DNA of 64,000 bases from the human T2T-CHM13v2.0 reference genome, Homo sapiens (GCF_009914755.1 NC_060947.1), one strand, 5' to 3'. Shown: positions 14,331-28,370, counted from the stretch's first letter. Notes: generated from the sequence alone by a model not told the origin. Made by a program: numbers and translations.

Positions 14331-14964
14331 CTTTTTTATTGTCTACTGTCCTTTGTATAGAAACTATCAGGGAAAATAAAACATTTCAGGGTTGGAAGTC
14401 TCATCTAACCCTCTTATTGTAAAGGCGGAGCTACTGAGGTCCAGAGAGGAGAAGGGACTTGCCTGAAGTCTCTCATTAGTTAATGGCAGAGCCATCAGAC
14501 TGCCTCGCAGTCAGGAGACGTTTTCACTCCACTGCACGGCCTCCTCCAATGCTTTGGGCAATTCAGATTTTATTTCCAGCTTTGTAATGGTGACAAGGGT
14601 GCAAAAACCACTTTGAGATCTTTGAAATAAGTACATGAATCTAAAAGGGTGGAGTGAAATAAGGTCAATCTTGCCTTTTGGGCCAAAACATAAAGTCATA
14701 AATAAAATTATCAAACTCATGTCAATTCCTGCCTAAACATTATCTTGAAAATGTTTCTCCCACCCACTCAGGCTTCTCTGGAAAAGAAAAAAGAAAAACA
14801 AAGAAACAAAAATGCGGATATTTGGAGTATTCTTGGGAAAGGAGTGGGAAAGGAAGAGGTCCGAGGGCACTTTTCTTTTGGACTCCCACAGCACCATCTG
14901 GTGGAGGACTGGAGTTTTCATTTCTCCTCATTCAGAATGTTTTTCTTTTCTTTTAATTCATATG

Positions 14965-15081
14965 TCTTTATTTATTTATTTTTAGGTTTTTATATATACT
15001 TTAAGTTCTGGGGTACATGTGCACAATGTGCAGGTTTGTTACATAGGTATACATGTGCCATGTTGATTTGCTGCACCCATT
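14965..15081 (-). mobile_element. Very short 5'-truncated L1PA 3' terminus
   Basis: tatactttaagttctggggtacatgtgcacaatgtgcagg L1 tail motif. Confidence 0.8.
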
Positions 15082-16257
15082 TTATCTTTGCTCCAGTTTC
15101 CTCGATTGTAAAATGGAGATAATAACCATGCGCTTACCATAGGATTTTGTGGCAAGGATTGAATAAGATAACTTATGTAAAGTACTGAACATAATGCCTG
15201 GAACATGTGAAATGCTCAATAATGTTGGCTGTGGTTGTTTCATTAACATTAAACGTATGGTGCAGTGGGAACCAGAGAGGAGCATTTGACTCAACCTCAG
15301 AGAGCTCAGGGCACATTTCCCTAAGGATGTGACACCTGACATAAGTTTTGAGTATGAAATAGTCACTAGGATCATTTCTCCATGTGGAAAACAATGCCTG
15401 TAACAACAGGGTTTACTCCTCTAATCCCACATTGTGAAGGATGACAGCATAGTGTTCCTTTGCCTCTGGGGTACCAGGGATTGCAGCGAGGGCTTCTAAG
15501 CTACAAGATGGTATGGGAACATTTAGGAATTATTGGAATTAGTCCCCTGACCACGTGAGACATTGTTTCCATAGTGGACACACAGAGTTTGACTTGAAAT
15601 TAGATGCTAAGAGAAACATGGTTGTGTCGATTACCACCTGTTTGTTCTAATTTCTACTTTGCTTGTCAGCAATGATGCTTCAGTGGCTCTTTATTCACTC
15701 AGCATTATGTTAAATAGGCATGATGGGATCTGATAATTTCTCATTGCCTCCAAATTGTGCCTGGCATACACCACAAACATATTTGACTCTATTCCTATTG
15801 CTCATCACCCTTGCAAACCCTTAACCCTTCCAGGTTATCCAAATTTTACTCATCCTTCAAGGCCTAGACTTCCTCATTCATTCATTCATGAAATATTTTC
15901 TGAGCATGTACTATGTGCTAGGCACAGTGGCAGGCACTAGATCTATAACAGCATATGAGACAGACACAGTTTCTACTTTGACAGAGCCTGTGTAACTTGG
16001 ACTACAAACAGGAAAACAAATCATTGAGACCATGTGCTACCAAAGCTCTCCAAGAAGAGGGATACATCTGAAATGGTGCTTTCTAACAGTTTTTACCACA
16101 TAGCACACATAGATAACATATATTGGCTCCCTGGGATAAATGGATAAAAAAGCAACCTGCCAGGGAGCTCTGGCCACCCCAAAGGCAGAAGGCATCAATA
16201 TCTTAGGTGCATGAGGAATCTCTTGGAGATCTCTGGTATAGAACCTCAAGCTATAAC

Positions 16258-16352
16258 CCGTGAAATTCCTGTTGCTTTCACCCCATGTAGTCCATGAGGA
16301 CCGATAGGGCCTTCAAGGACTACATGGGGTGAAAGCAACAGGAATTTCATGG
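16258..16352. repeat. Perfect 33-bp inverted repeat (16261-16293 / 16317-16349) with a partly paired 23-nt spacer
   Basis: TGAAATTCCTGTTGCTTTCACCCCATGTAGTCC is the exact reverse complement of GGACTACATGGGGTGAAAGCAACAGGAATTTCA. Confidence 0.97.
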
Positions 16353-17891
16353 TGCAGTGGGCAGAGAGGATGCTGCTTTGAATGAATGCATGCTCCTTGT
16401 TATTATCTGGAATTTGGTAAAAGTCACTCTCACCTCTTCAGTAGTAGGCTCAGACTGGAGGCCTTCTCAGGCAACTGAATCCTGAAAGACTCTTTGTCTT
16501 TTCCAGATTCCTACATATGTAGAATCTTCAGCTCACAGTTCAGCTTCTCATTCACCCTCATGGTCTGACATCATGTGCTAATAGCACAAGAACTTTTTTG
16601 TATCTTCATAACACCTAGCAATACTACACAAGAAGGGCCAGAAGCATTTAAGTGCCATGTTTTAAGACAAAGGAAATCTAAGAGTATTGGAACTTCACAG
16701 GGTTTTAAAACAAAAATGGCTTTGCTACCTAAGAAAAGTCCAGTGCTCAGTCTGTCTTTAAAACTTGTAAAAGAGAAACTCCTAAAGTTTTAAGAGAGAG
16801 AATGAAGTCAACAGCTCAAGCTAACATATTTGTACAATCTTACTCCTGGAAACAGGATGCTGAGTCCCTGCAGCTCCAGGCCAGTTGGTTTTGGAGTTTG
16901 CCTTCTTCTGAGCAAAACCAAAGGCTAACCAAGATAGCCCACAACCCGAGGAGATGGGATCCAGAGAGCTATTGTTTATACCATAAGCAAAAAGGAAGAG
17001 TTCACAAGCAAAGAGAGCCCAGGGGGGCCTCTTGCAGAGAAAACAAAGACTCCTGCTGAAATGTAACAGAAGATTCCATATCCTTTCCTTCACTTGGACT
17101 CCCTGAGAAAGGTTAATCCTGTCACCACCATGAATCTTGATGGGTAATAAAATGTAGATCTGGGTGAGAAATGATGCCACCTAGAGGAAGGCTGGGGAGC
17201 ACACTTGAGCGATTTCAGCTCGTTTTTCTATATTCCTCCCTCAGTCAGTATCTAGGCAGGAGGGCTTCTTGATTTTTCTCTCTGGCCTTGTCCCTCACCT
17301 ACTCCTGGAGAGCCACATTGCCACTTTCCTATGTTGATACATGCTATTCAACATCCGAAACTGAATGTGGGGCATGGAGTGCCCTATGGTAAGGAATGTC
17401 GAAGATACAGCTAAGGTGAGAAAGCCATATGTAAGAAGAGCAGTTGGCCATAAAGAAGAAAGTATATGTCGACATGTCTGTAATTTATATGTACGTATAT
17501 GTATATCTAATTTGAAGCTTCTTATAACTTCATAGGCTAGCAAATAGCCAGGTGCAAAAATAAATACCTGAACCTCAAAATAATTATTTTCAGATTTCTA
17601 CTGCAAAAGTCACTCTGGAGAGACACATGCGTGGGTGAATTTCAGCATACTCTCTCTTTTCCTTTTTCCCTTTGTTTTTGTTTGATTGATTTATTATAAC
17701 CTCAAGGCAAAAATATGAAATGGGAAACTTGGTGTTTAGCACTCCCAAGTGTCCCTCCACCACCACTAGAGCCCATTTTTAATTTGTGATACCCTTAGGA
17801 GTGTCTTCCAAGAAATGTTCTGATTCTATATCTCATCCTCTCAGAATCTCTCATTCTTTTTAGTGATAAAGGAAATAGCTAGCTAACTTGC

Positions 17892-18270
17892 TGATATGGT
17901 TAGGCTTTGTGTCCCCACCCAAATCTCATCTTGAATTGTAATCCCCATAATCCTCATATATCAAGGGAGAGACCAGGTGGAGGTAATTGAATCATGGGGG
18001 CAGTTTCCCCCAAGCTGTTCTCATGATAATGAGTGAATTCTCACAAGATCTGATGGTTTTATAAGGGGCTTTTCCCCCTTTGCTCGGCACTTCTCCTTCC
18101 TACTGCCTTGTGGAGAAGGTGCCTTGCTTCCCCTTCACCTTCTGATATGATTTTAAGTTTCCTGAGGCTCCCCCAGCCATGCTGAACTGTGAGTCGATTA
18201 AATCTCTTTCCTTTATAAATTACCCAGTCTCAGGTAGCTCTTTATAGCAGTATGAAAACAGACTAATACA
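17892..18270 (+). mobile_element. THE1 (THE1C/D-like) MaLR solo LTR
   Basis: TGATATGGTTAGGCTTTGTGTCCCCACCCAAATCTC ... GACTAATACA; 5-bp TSD CTTGC/CCTGC. Confidence 0.9.
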
Positions 18271-18792
18271 CCTGCCAAAGTGAAAGAAAAATTGATCCTA
18301 CCAAGAAGGAAGAGTTAGAAGAGCCAACAGTTAACTAGGAGCCTCCTTCCTTGGTTAACCGTGAAGACTGTCCACTCCTCTGTGAATTATTTTGTTATTT
18401 AATCCTAAAGATAAATGCTAATAAAGGAATTGAAATATCTAGCAGGATGGCCTCCATTGGCCAGTGAGGGAGGATGAGGTATGGAAATTGTTTTTCTGTT
18501 TTGTTGTTGTTTTTAACCTTCCCATGTGATTCCTAAGTGCAGCCAGGGTGAAGAACCACTGGGAGAGATGAGTTTAACATACTGGAGAACATACTGGAGT
18601 AAAGATCACAATGAATTTGTTATATCAACAACTTAAAACTCTTCTGCTGAGCACATCTACAGAGGTGCTATATACACCTCTGTTACACGAAGGCTATACA
18701 TTTCCTAATTACTGCTATTGTGGAAATATTGCTTCACTCATTGTCTTCAAATATGTAAATACAAGGGAACTAAATTTATTCCAGACAGTTAA

Positions 18793-19184
<392 letters not shown>

Positions 19185-19186
19185 CC

Positions 19187-19902
19187 TTTTTTTGTTTTTA
19201 TTAAGTTCTGGGATACATGTGCAGAACATGCAGGTTTGTCACGTAGGTATACATGTGCCATGGTGGTTTGCTGCACCTATCAACCCGCCATCTAGGTTTT
19301 ATGCCCCACATGCATTAGGTATTTGTCCTAATGCTCTCCCTCCCTGTGCCCCTCACCCCTCGACATGCCCCAGTGTGTGATGTTCCCCTCTGTGTCCATG
19401 TGTTCTCACTGTTCAACTACCACTTGAGTGAGAACATGCAGTGTTTGGTTTTCTTTTCCTGTGTTAGTTTGCTGAGAATGATGGCTTCCAGCTACATCTA
19501 TGTCCCTGCAAAGGACATGAACTCATTCTTTTTTATGGCTGCATAGTATTCCATGGTGTATATGTGCCACATTTTCTTTATCCAGTCTATCATTGATGGA
19601 CATTTGGGTTGGTTCCAAGTCTTTTCTATTGTAAATAGTGCTGCAATAAACATATGTGTGCATGTGTCATTATAGTAGAATGACTTATAATCCTTTGGGT
19701 ATATACCCAGTAATGGGATTGCTGGGTCAAATGGTATTTCTGGTTCTAGATCCTTGAGGAATCACCACACTGTCTTCCACAATGGTTGAACTAATTTACA
19801 CTCCCACCAACAGTGTAAAAGTGTTCCTATTTCTCCACAGCCTTGCCAGCATCTGTTGTTTCCTGACTTTTTAATAATCGCCATTCTGACTGGCATGAGA
19901 TA
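19187..19902 (-). mobile_element. 5'-truncated older L1PA (PA7/8-like) 3' end
   Basis: L1 3' UTR and ORF2 C-terminal peptide (KKSGNNRCW...) on the minus strand. Confidence 0.9.
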
Positions 19903-21339
19903 CTTTCTTGTATGACTCTCCACAATGTACTCTTCATTAAGCACTTTGCTGCTGAAATGCCACCTCTTGCCTTTTCAAATGTTAAATTATCTAAATATAT
20001 TGTTATGGTGTCAATGTTTTTCTATCAGTTTTCTCTCCTATCCCATACCCACCTTTGATTCATTTGAAAAGACTTGAGAAATGTCTTACTACTGACACTG
20101 CTGCATGTAGCTCTTGCTTATTTACCCATCTAGGGAAACAGGATGTATTTCCTTTCTTAGAAAAGCCAATTTACAGATTACACTAAAATACTACTCCTTC
20201 TGCATCACTCAGCTTTTTAACTTGGTAAGTTTTAAGAAGTTTCAACAGCAAAGTTGTTATTCAATGGGCATGATGGACTACAAGTGCCTTGAGTTACGTG
20301 TATCTGCCCTAGATGTAAACTTCATTGCTTTTTGTTGGATGATATTTTAAAAGGATATAAAATAAATTGGTCTAAAGGCCAAAAAAAAAAAAAAAAGAAA
20401 CTAGAATGGAAAGTTCCTGTTGGAGAGAGAAGACGGAAAGCTTATTGACAATGGAATAATGCTTTCAACATGGAGAGGAAATTTTCAATCCTATACCCAA
20501 CAAATTATCAATTAAGGTCTCCAATTATTTCCCATTTATCCCTTCTCAGTAAGCTACTGTAGAATATATTCTATCAAGGAGAAGTAACAATCCAAGTGAG
20601 AAAAAGACGTGGAATACAGAAAACAAGAGATCCAACACGACAAAGGTAAAGTTAAGTCTCAGGATGACGGTGAAGGTAGATGCCAAGATAATGACCCTGC
20701 ACCAGGGAAAGGAGGGCAAATCGTCTGGTTCTAGGAGAGATTTCTTCCAGATGAAATTGTTAGAATTCTTCTTATCTGGAAGTCTACAGAGATTTAAGCA
20801 ATTAGTTGGAGAGCCTGCGGTAGAATTAGCGGTAAGTACATAGAAAACCAAGCAAGTGAAAGAAACACAATTATTAGCTCCAGTGGTTTAAAAGTGCAGA
20901 AGAAAATGAATCACTTGTTTTCCCACTACATTTCAGCTCTGAATAGCAGTTATTATAATGTAAAGACTTATTGATCTAACTATGCATTTATATTGAGAGG
21001 ATGAGAGGTGTCCCTGTGTACACTGAAAAGTTGATAAAATCAAGAAGCAGGGATACAAGCATGTTATTTAGATACAAGATGGTAAACACCAAAACAATCA
21101 ATTAAGAGTTAAAAGTGGTTGCCTCTGAGGCAGAGGAAATGGGGAGGATGAAGGCAGTGGATAGCTGTTTTTCAGAGACTTTGTAGAATAGCAGCCTTTA
21201 AACCTGTGCTTTTCAAACCATGACTTACAATCTCTCTGGAGTGATGCTGCCCAATATGGACATAAAAATAAAAATCCAGTTCCTCATACTAACGACATTT
21301 AATTTTTTAAAGATCTCTTAAATTTTTGTTATTTTATTT

Positions 21340-21468
21340 TTATTTTTTTTTAGAGCTGGGGTCCCACTACGTTAACCAGGCTTGTCTCAAACTCTTGGCC
21401 TCAAGCGATCCTCCCATCTTGGCCTTCCAAAGTACTGGGATTGTAGGTGTGAGCCACCGGGCCTGGCC
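21340..21468 (-). mobile_element. Alu left monomer (FLAM/AluJ-like)
   Basis: ~125-bp monomer with T-rich tail. Confidence 0.8.
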
Positions 21469-21804
21469 AACAATAACCACATTTTAAATCATCCACAGCC
21501 ACATGTGGCTGGCAGCTACTACAGTGGATAGTGCAGATACTGAATATTTTCAACTTCACAGAAAGTTCTATTGAACAGCACTATTTTACAGGGTAATTAA
21601 ATCAATTTAGTGAGTAAGAGCCAACATTTAAATAAATGAAATAGAATAGAAAACCAGTGTGCATCTCATTAGTATTGTTTTTTCACAAAATATTTTCATA
21701 AAATATGTGTGCACAGCATTGTGGATCACAATAAAAAGAAGTTTGGAAGCACTCCTTTACATTATGTGTGCAAAACCCTGATTAAAATTTAAAAAAACAT
21801 TAAG

Positions 21805-22124
21805 GGTCAGGCACTGTGGCTCACATCTGTAATCCCAGCGCTTTGGGTGGCTGAGGTGGGAGGATTGCTTGATGCCAGGAGTTCAAGACCAGCCTGGGCA
21901 ACATAGCAAGACCCCATCTCTAAAAAAAAAAAAATAATTAGCTGGGCACGCTGGAGCGTGCTTGTAGTCCCAGCTACTTGGGCGGCTAAAGTGAGAAAGA
22001 GGATCGCTTGAGCCCAGGAGTTCAAGGCTGCAGTGAGCCATGATGGAGCCACTGTACTCCAGCCTGGGTGACAGAGTGAGACTCTATCTCAAGACAAAAA
22101 TACATTAAAAAAAAAAAAAAAAAA
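21805..22124 (+). mobile_element. AluJ element
   Basis: AluJ-type GAGGATCGCTTGAGCCCAGGAGTTCAAGGCTGCAGTG. Confidence 0.92.
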
Positions 22125-23119
22125 GAGTCACAGACTCCTTATACCTAGTAGAATCCTCAACTTCTTGTGATCCATAGCCTCATAGCCCTATAGGAAACTC
22201 AGAACCTAGGGCATCATTTAAGAAAATAGAGCTTGGAACAGTAATATCACAATACTAAAGCTAGACATGATGGACCATAAGGACTATCATGTTCCCTATT
22301 TCTTTTGTCATTTGTCTTTCCCTTTTTGCAAAAGGCATCATTTTTGAATTTTTGTTTGTTTGTTTGTTTGTTTTTTAATGGGAAGAAGAAACTAAGGCTA
22401 AGGCTAAGGTTATGAGATTGGCCCATGGTTACAAAGCTAGTGTCAATAAGCCCAGGTCTCCTGACCTCTAGATCTAGAACTTTTTTCACAAAATCTTCAG
22501 GGGCAGTCAGTTCTTTAAGGCCCTGAGTATGCTAGTCAATACTTTAAACAACCTGACTGATGAATAGTGTCTAGGTACAATAATAATTATGATAATAATA
22601 GCTAACATAAGCTATTGTTCTAAACACTTTACATTTTAACTCTCACAACAATCCTATTAGGCAGATCCTATTATCCATCAACCCAATTTTTCCAGATGAA
22701 GAAATGCAGCTCCAAAATGTTAATTAATTTGCTGAAGGTTACACAACTACAGTGGCAAAGCCAGGAAATAGAGCTCTTAATGCCATTTTATACACACCCT
22801 CATATAACTCAAATTAATTTCTCTCTAAAATATTAATTAGCCTAAAAGTAGCAGTTATAATTTGGTAGCGCCCACTGATAATCCATGTTTTGTCCCAAAG
22901 TATCAGTGTTACAAAGGGGTTTTACTCTATTGACTGGACCAAAGTAACAGTTTGGGATTCAAATACTCTGAACTAATGGATGGGACTATACAAGCCGGTT
23001 TAACTGCTTAATGCAATTCCATAAACCTGGAGATGAGTACTTTAAAAATATGTGTTTAAAAGTTTGGTTAATAATCTTCAAACTTGGAGATTTTATCTCA
23101 ATGCATAATGAAGTACAAA

Positions 23120-25818
23120 TTGGCTTGATAACATGGGTGGATTTATTTCTTAAGATTTGAGTGCAAACTTAAAAACAAGAACAAACAAAGCTTTTCATCA
23201 AGAATAAACACAAAATCTAAACAATTCTGCAATCATGCATTTTAACAGAAAGTACAAATATGAATACATTATAATTTGTAACTGCATTTAAAAATTAAAA
23301 TATTTCTCTCCAAATCCAAAACACCACACAATCTTTATCTGTTCTCATCTTGTTACCTTAGAAACATTTGTCATATGCTATCAGGAAAATATAGGCAAGA
23401 CTTACTAATCAGTTATTCATGATCAAAGAAACATGATTCTCCTTAACTGTGACTTTTTGAATCATTTATCTGTATTTCTGAAATATCACACAATTATACC
23501 TCTACTCTAGAGAAAAAAAGAATAAATACAAATATCAAGGAGGCAGGAACATTCATGGAATTAAAGCAAAAGTCACAAGTGTTTGACTTAGAAATGTACA
23601 TATTGTAGTAAATTTTTAAAGTACAACTTTAGTTGATGGCTGATGTGTATGTAATAACTGTGAGCAATTTAAACAGGTATAAAAATGTGAGATCAAAATC
23701 TTTAGGCTTAAATACTTGAAAAGTCACTATGGATATGGAAAGATTTGTTTACATAAACATGTATATTTTTAGATGGAAAATCAAGGGGTAGTGGCATCTC
23801 CCTGGTCCCTTAACAATATTTGGATTTTTGCAAAGAATTAGCAGCACCCAACCTTAAGTGTTAATTATGTGTTTCTAAAGGACCTATAACAGATCAGTTG
23901 GCAGTGTTCTAGCTTTTGGGAGTTGGGGGCAGATTGGGGGTGCAAATATCTGAGATAAGATAGTACATGCACTCACACATTTAAAATCACCATTCTAAAT
24001 GGGAAAAAAAATCACATATTGGAAAAGTCTAAGAAACTCATTCTTAAGGGATAAACAGCAGGGCAGGAATAAAAGCTGAACAGTAGTCTACTTGATAATA
24101 ATGGTATTTCACTCTTCAAAGGCAAGTTGGGAAGAATGAGAATACTCACATACACATAACTTCAGGGAAAACTTGCCTAAAATTTTACCTTGCAAAACGC
24201 TGAACAGAAATCTTTACAAAAACCTTCATTCTTGTTTATAATACTTGATTTTTCCCTTATTACCACCATATACATAACATTTAAGTATTTTCTTCATAAA
24301 TATTTTAGAGCAAAAAGAATGTATTTTGTTGCAATGGTGGCCCACATCTGTACAAAACAACATAAGCAACACACACACACACATATATATATGCATATAT
24401 ATAAAAAATGATTAAGAAAAAGTGCAAAGAATAACAGTATTAAGATTTTTTGCATTTTACAGTAACTATGGTTCAAGTGTGAATATTTATCAGGGATATA
24501 TAATCCCAGGTTTTAATTAAAGATTCAAAAAGAAACCACACTCCCAAGTTACTGCACAAACATCAGTCCCTTATCAAGTAACTCTGCCCTTCTCCCAAAT
24601 CTAGTATTTCCAGTTTCTAAGCTCTTCCCAAACAGGAAAAAATGATAACAGTGTTTTCTTCCCTTTAACTTCCCAAAACTCATCCAAGTTAATCACCTGT
24701 AAGTTCAAGCAAGATATTGGGGAAGTCATTCATTATAACCCGCTTTGCTAAAATTAAAGCAAAATGAAAGGCTTTCTGAAATGCAAACTACTGATCAAGA
24801 ATAAAATCAGCAACAGCAAACAGACCTTAAATTACAAATGTAATTTAATACATGTACATTTTAAAATCAATCCCTGTTATCAAAGATAAATTCAGAGTTT
24901 AAATCTCTTTCCCAGGTTCAGTGCTGTGCAAGGGTTCTAATTCCAAATACTTATGATTTTATCACCTTTTCTAAGAGAAAATGTTTGCCTGTTAACTTTT
25001 TACCTTCCTTGCTCTTGGTCTCAGCTTTTCAGTTTGAATAAACACAGAAAGGCAATTTTCAGCATTTCAAAAAATGTACTTTCCTCTTAGTCATTCAAAT
25101 AATTACAGTTATTTTTAGATCTCAAAGTTTCAAAAAAAGCAGCTCAATTTCCCTTTAAATATATTACTAGATATTTTTTGGTGTTGTATATGTTGTTCTA
25201 TTCTTATTTTAGGCACTGTAATTATTCACAACATTACAATGACTCTATATCTAACCTATGCAACAATTATAATCTTAATACCTTCTAAGGTATTATTTGA
25301 TTTTGTGTATTATATTACTATTGAATTTTTCCTTCAAGATAAATGGTTGGAAGAGAATTTTAAAGCCCTGCAGCACTTTTGCTTTGAGTAGTGTTAATAC
25401 ATATTTTCTGTCATGCTTAATATTTAAACTTCTGAAATAGGAAGACAAGAGGCATTGGAAGCTGCAAATTTCCTCAAACTACATTCTACTCCAACTCCAA
25501 TTTATTTTGTTCAACATTAAATATTTTTCTTTACAAAAACAAGTATATCTTAGGCTAATTTTTAAAAACAGAATTTCTGCTCTATAATAACACAGCTAAA
25601 GGGAAATAACTTTTCAATTTCAGCTGCACTAGAACTATGCAAAACTAAGTTAAAGTAAACCGGACAACAATTTTAATAACTTTTGGTTTTGTTTTCTTTT
25701 TACTCTATCTTTAGAATGATATACCTTACATTCTAACAGTTCAACAAAGGCTTAAAATTCTAGAGGTTGAAAACCACCAGGCTACCTCCTGCACAACTGT
25801 CAATAAGACAACAACATT
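23120..25818 (-). other. ACSL4: ACSL4 3' UTR (~2.7 kb, AT-rich, no recognisable interspersed repeat); distal AATAAA at 23142-23147
   Basis: Sequence between the stop codon and TTTATT (+ strand) at 23142; multiple miRNA seed matches; 3' end approximate. Confidence 0.8.
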
Positions 25819-26088
<270 letters not shown>

Positions 26089-26704
26089 TCAGGATTTACC
26101 TAGATGATTCGGGTGTTGAATCACCAATCACCACAAACTTATTTAATGGTATACTAGATAGTTTATTAATGCTACCTCTACCTTACAATTTCATTTTATA
26201 TTTCTCAAAGTATACCTAAGTTGTTTCAGTTGGATAGTTTTAGTCTATGTGGTTATTAAAATATACATACATATACACATTATTTATACTCACACACACA
26301 CACATACACACACATCTTCCTCTTCAGAGACTTTATATTTGCCTGAGATGGTCTTTCTCAATAAAGTTGTGTGTCACTTCCATACTTTATCCATATGTCT
26401 GCTCAAATACCACCACCCCGGAGAGGACATCCCTGACCACTCATAACAAAAGAGAAGGGGGAGGAGCCAAGATGGCCAAATACGAACAGCTCTGGTCTAC
26501 AGCTCCCAGCCTGAGCGACACAGAAGACGGGTGATTTCTGCATTTCCATCTGAGGTACCAGGTTCATCTCACTAGGGAGTGCCAGACAGTGGGCGCAGGT
26601 CAGTGGGTGTGCGCACCATGCGCGAGCCGAAGCAGGGCGAGGCATTGCCTCACTCGGGAAGCACAAGGGGTCAGGGAGTTCCCTTTCCTAGTCAAAGAAA
26701 CGGG

Positions 26705-26899
26705 TCACCTGGAAAATCGGGTCACTCCCACCCAAATACTGTGCTTTTCCGACAGGCTTAAAAAACGGTGCACCAGGAGATTATAGCCCGCACCTGGCTC
26801 GGAGGGTCCTACGCCCACGGAGTCTCGCTGATTGCTAGCACAGCAGTCTGAGATCAAACTGCAAGGTGGCAGGGAGGCTGGGGGAGGGGCGCCCGCCAT
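26705..26899 (-). CDS. L1 antisense ORF0, 64 aa (slightly truncated at the C terminus)
   Basis: MAGAPPPASLPPCSLISDCCASNQRDSVGVGPSEP... matches the recalled primate L1 ORF0; ATG intact at 26899; expression not shown. Confidence 0.75.
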   Translation of the reverse strand: MAGAPPPASLPPCSLISDCCASNQRDSVGVGPSEPGAGYNLLVHRFLSLSEKHSIWVGVTRFSR

Positions 26900-27354
26900 T
26901 GCCCAGGCTTGCTTAGGTAAACAAAGCAGCTGGGAAGCTCCAACTGGGTGGAGCCCACCACAGCTCAAGGAGGCCTGCCTGCCTCTGTAGGCTCCACCTC
27001 TGGGGGCAGGGCACAGACAAACAAAAAGACAGCAGTAACCTCTGCAGACTTAAATGTCCCTGTCTGACAGCTTTGAAGAGATCAGTGGTTCTCCCAGCAC
27101 GCAGCTGGAGATCTGAGAATGGGCAGACTGCCTCCTCAAGTGGGTCCCTGACCCCTGACCCCCGAGCAGCCTAAATGGGAGGCACCCCCCAGCAGGGGCA
27201 GACTGACACCTCACACGGCCGGGTACTCCAACAGACCTGCAGCTGAGGGTCCTGTCTGTTAGAAGGAAAACTAACAAACAGAAAGGACATCCACACCAAA
27301 AACCGATCTGTACATCACCATCATCAAAGACCAAAAGTAGATAAAACCACAAAG

Positions 27355-28370
27355 ATGGGGAAAAAACAGAGCAGAGAAACTGGAAACTCTAAAAAGCAGA
27401 GCGCCTCTCCTCCTCCAAAGGAATGCAGTTCCTCACCAGCAACGGAACAAAGCTGGACGGAGAATGACTCTGGCGAGCTGAGAGAAGAAGGCTTCAGACA
27501 ATCAAATTACTCCGAGCTACGGGAGGACATTCAAACCAAAGGCAAAGAAGTTGAAAACTTTGAAAAAAATTTAGAAGAATGTATAACTAGAATAACCAAT
27601 ACAGAGAAGTGCTTAAAGAAGCTGACGGAGCTGAAAGCCAAGGCTCGAGAACTACGTGAAGAATGCAGAAGCCTCAGGAGCCGATGCGATCAACTGGATG
27701 AAAGGCTATCAATGATGGAAGATGAAATGAATGAAATGGAGTGAGAAGGAAGTTTAGAGAAAAAAGAATAAAAAGAAACGAGCAAAGCCTCCAAGAAATA
27801 TGGGACTATGTGAAAAGACCAAATCTACATCTGATTGGTGTACCTGAAAGTGATGGGGAGAATGGAACCAAGTTGGAAAACACTCTGTAGAATATTATCC
27901 AGGAGAACTTCCCCAATCTAGCAAGGCAGGCCAACATTCAGATTCAGGAAATACAGAGAATGCCACAAAGATACTCCTCGAGAAGAGCAACTCCAAGACA
28001 CATAATTGTCAGATTCACCAAAGTTGAAATGAAGGAAAAAATGTTAAGGGCAGCCAGAGAGAAAGGTTGGGGTACCCTCAAAGGGAAGCCCATCAGACTA
28101 ACAGCGGATCTCTCGGCAGAAACTCTACAAGCCAGAAGAGAGTGGGGGCCAATATACAACATTCTTAAAGAAAAGAATTTTCAACCCAGAATTTCATATC
28201 CGGCCAAACTAAGCTTCATAAGTGAAGGAGAAATAAAATACTTTACAGACAAGCAAATGCTGAGAGATTTTGTCACCACCAGGCCTGCCCTAAAAGAGCT
28301 CCTGAAGGAAGTGCTAAACATGGAAAGGAACAACCGGTACCAGCCACTGCAAAATCATGCCAAAATGTAA
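27355..28370 (+). pseudogene. L1 ORF1p, disrupted (TGA at 27742-27744 with adjacent 1-bp deletion; further stop near 27888)
   Basis: MGKKQSRETGNSKKQ... and ...QPLQNHAKM lie in different frames. Confidence 0.93.

Noticed and set aside
18578-18600. AACATACTGGAG tandem duplication; similar ATGATACATA repeats at 13530-13570
   Set aside because: Ordinary micro-duplications with no sign of function
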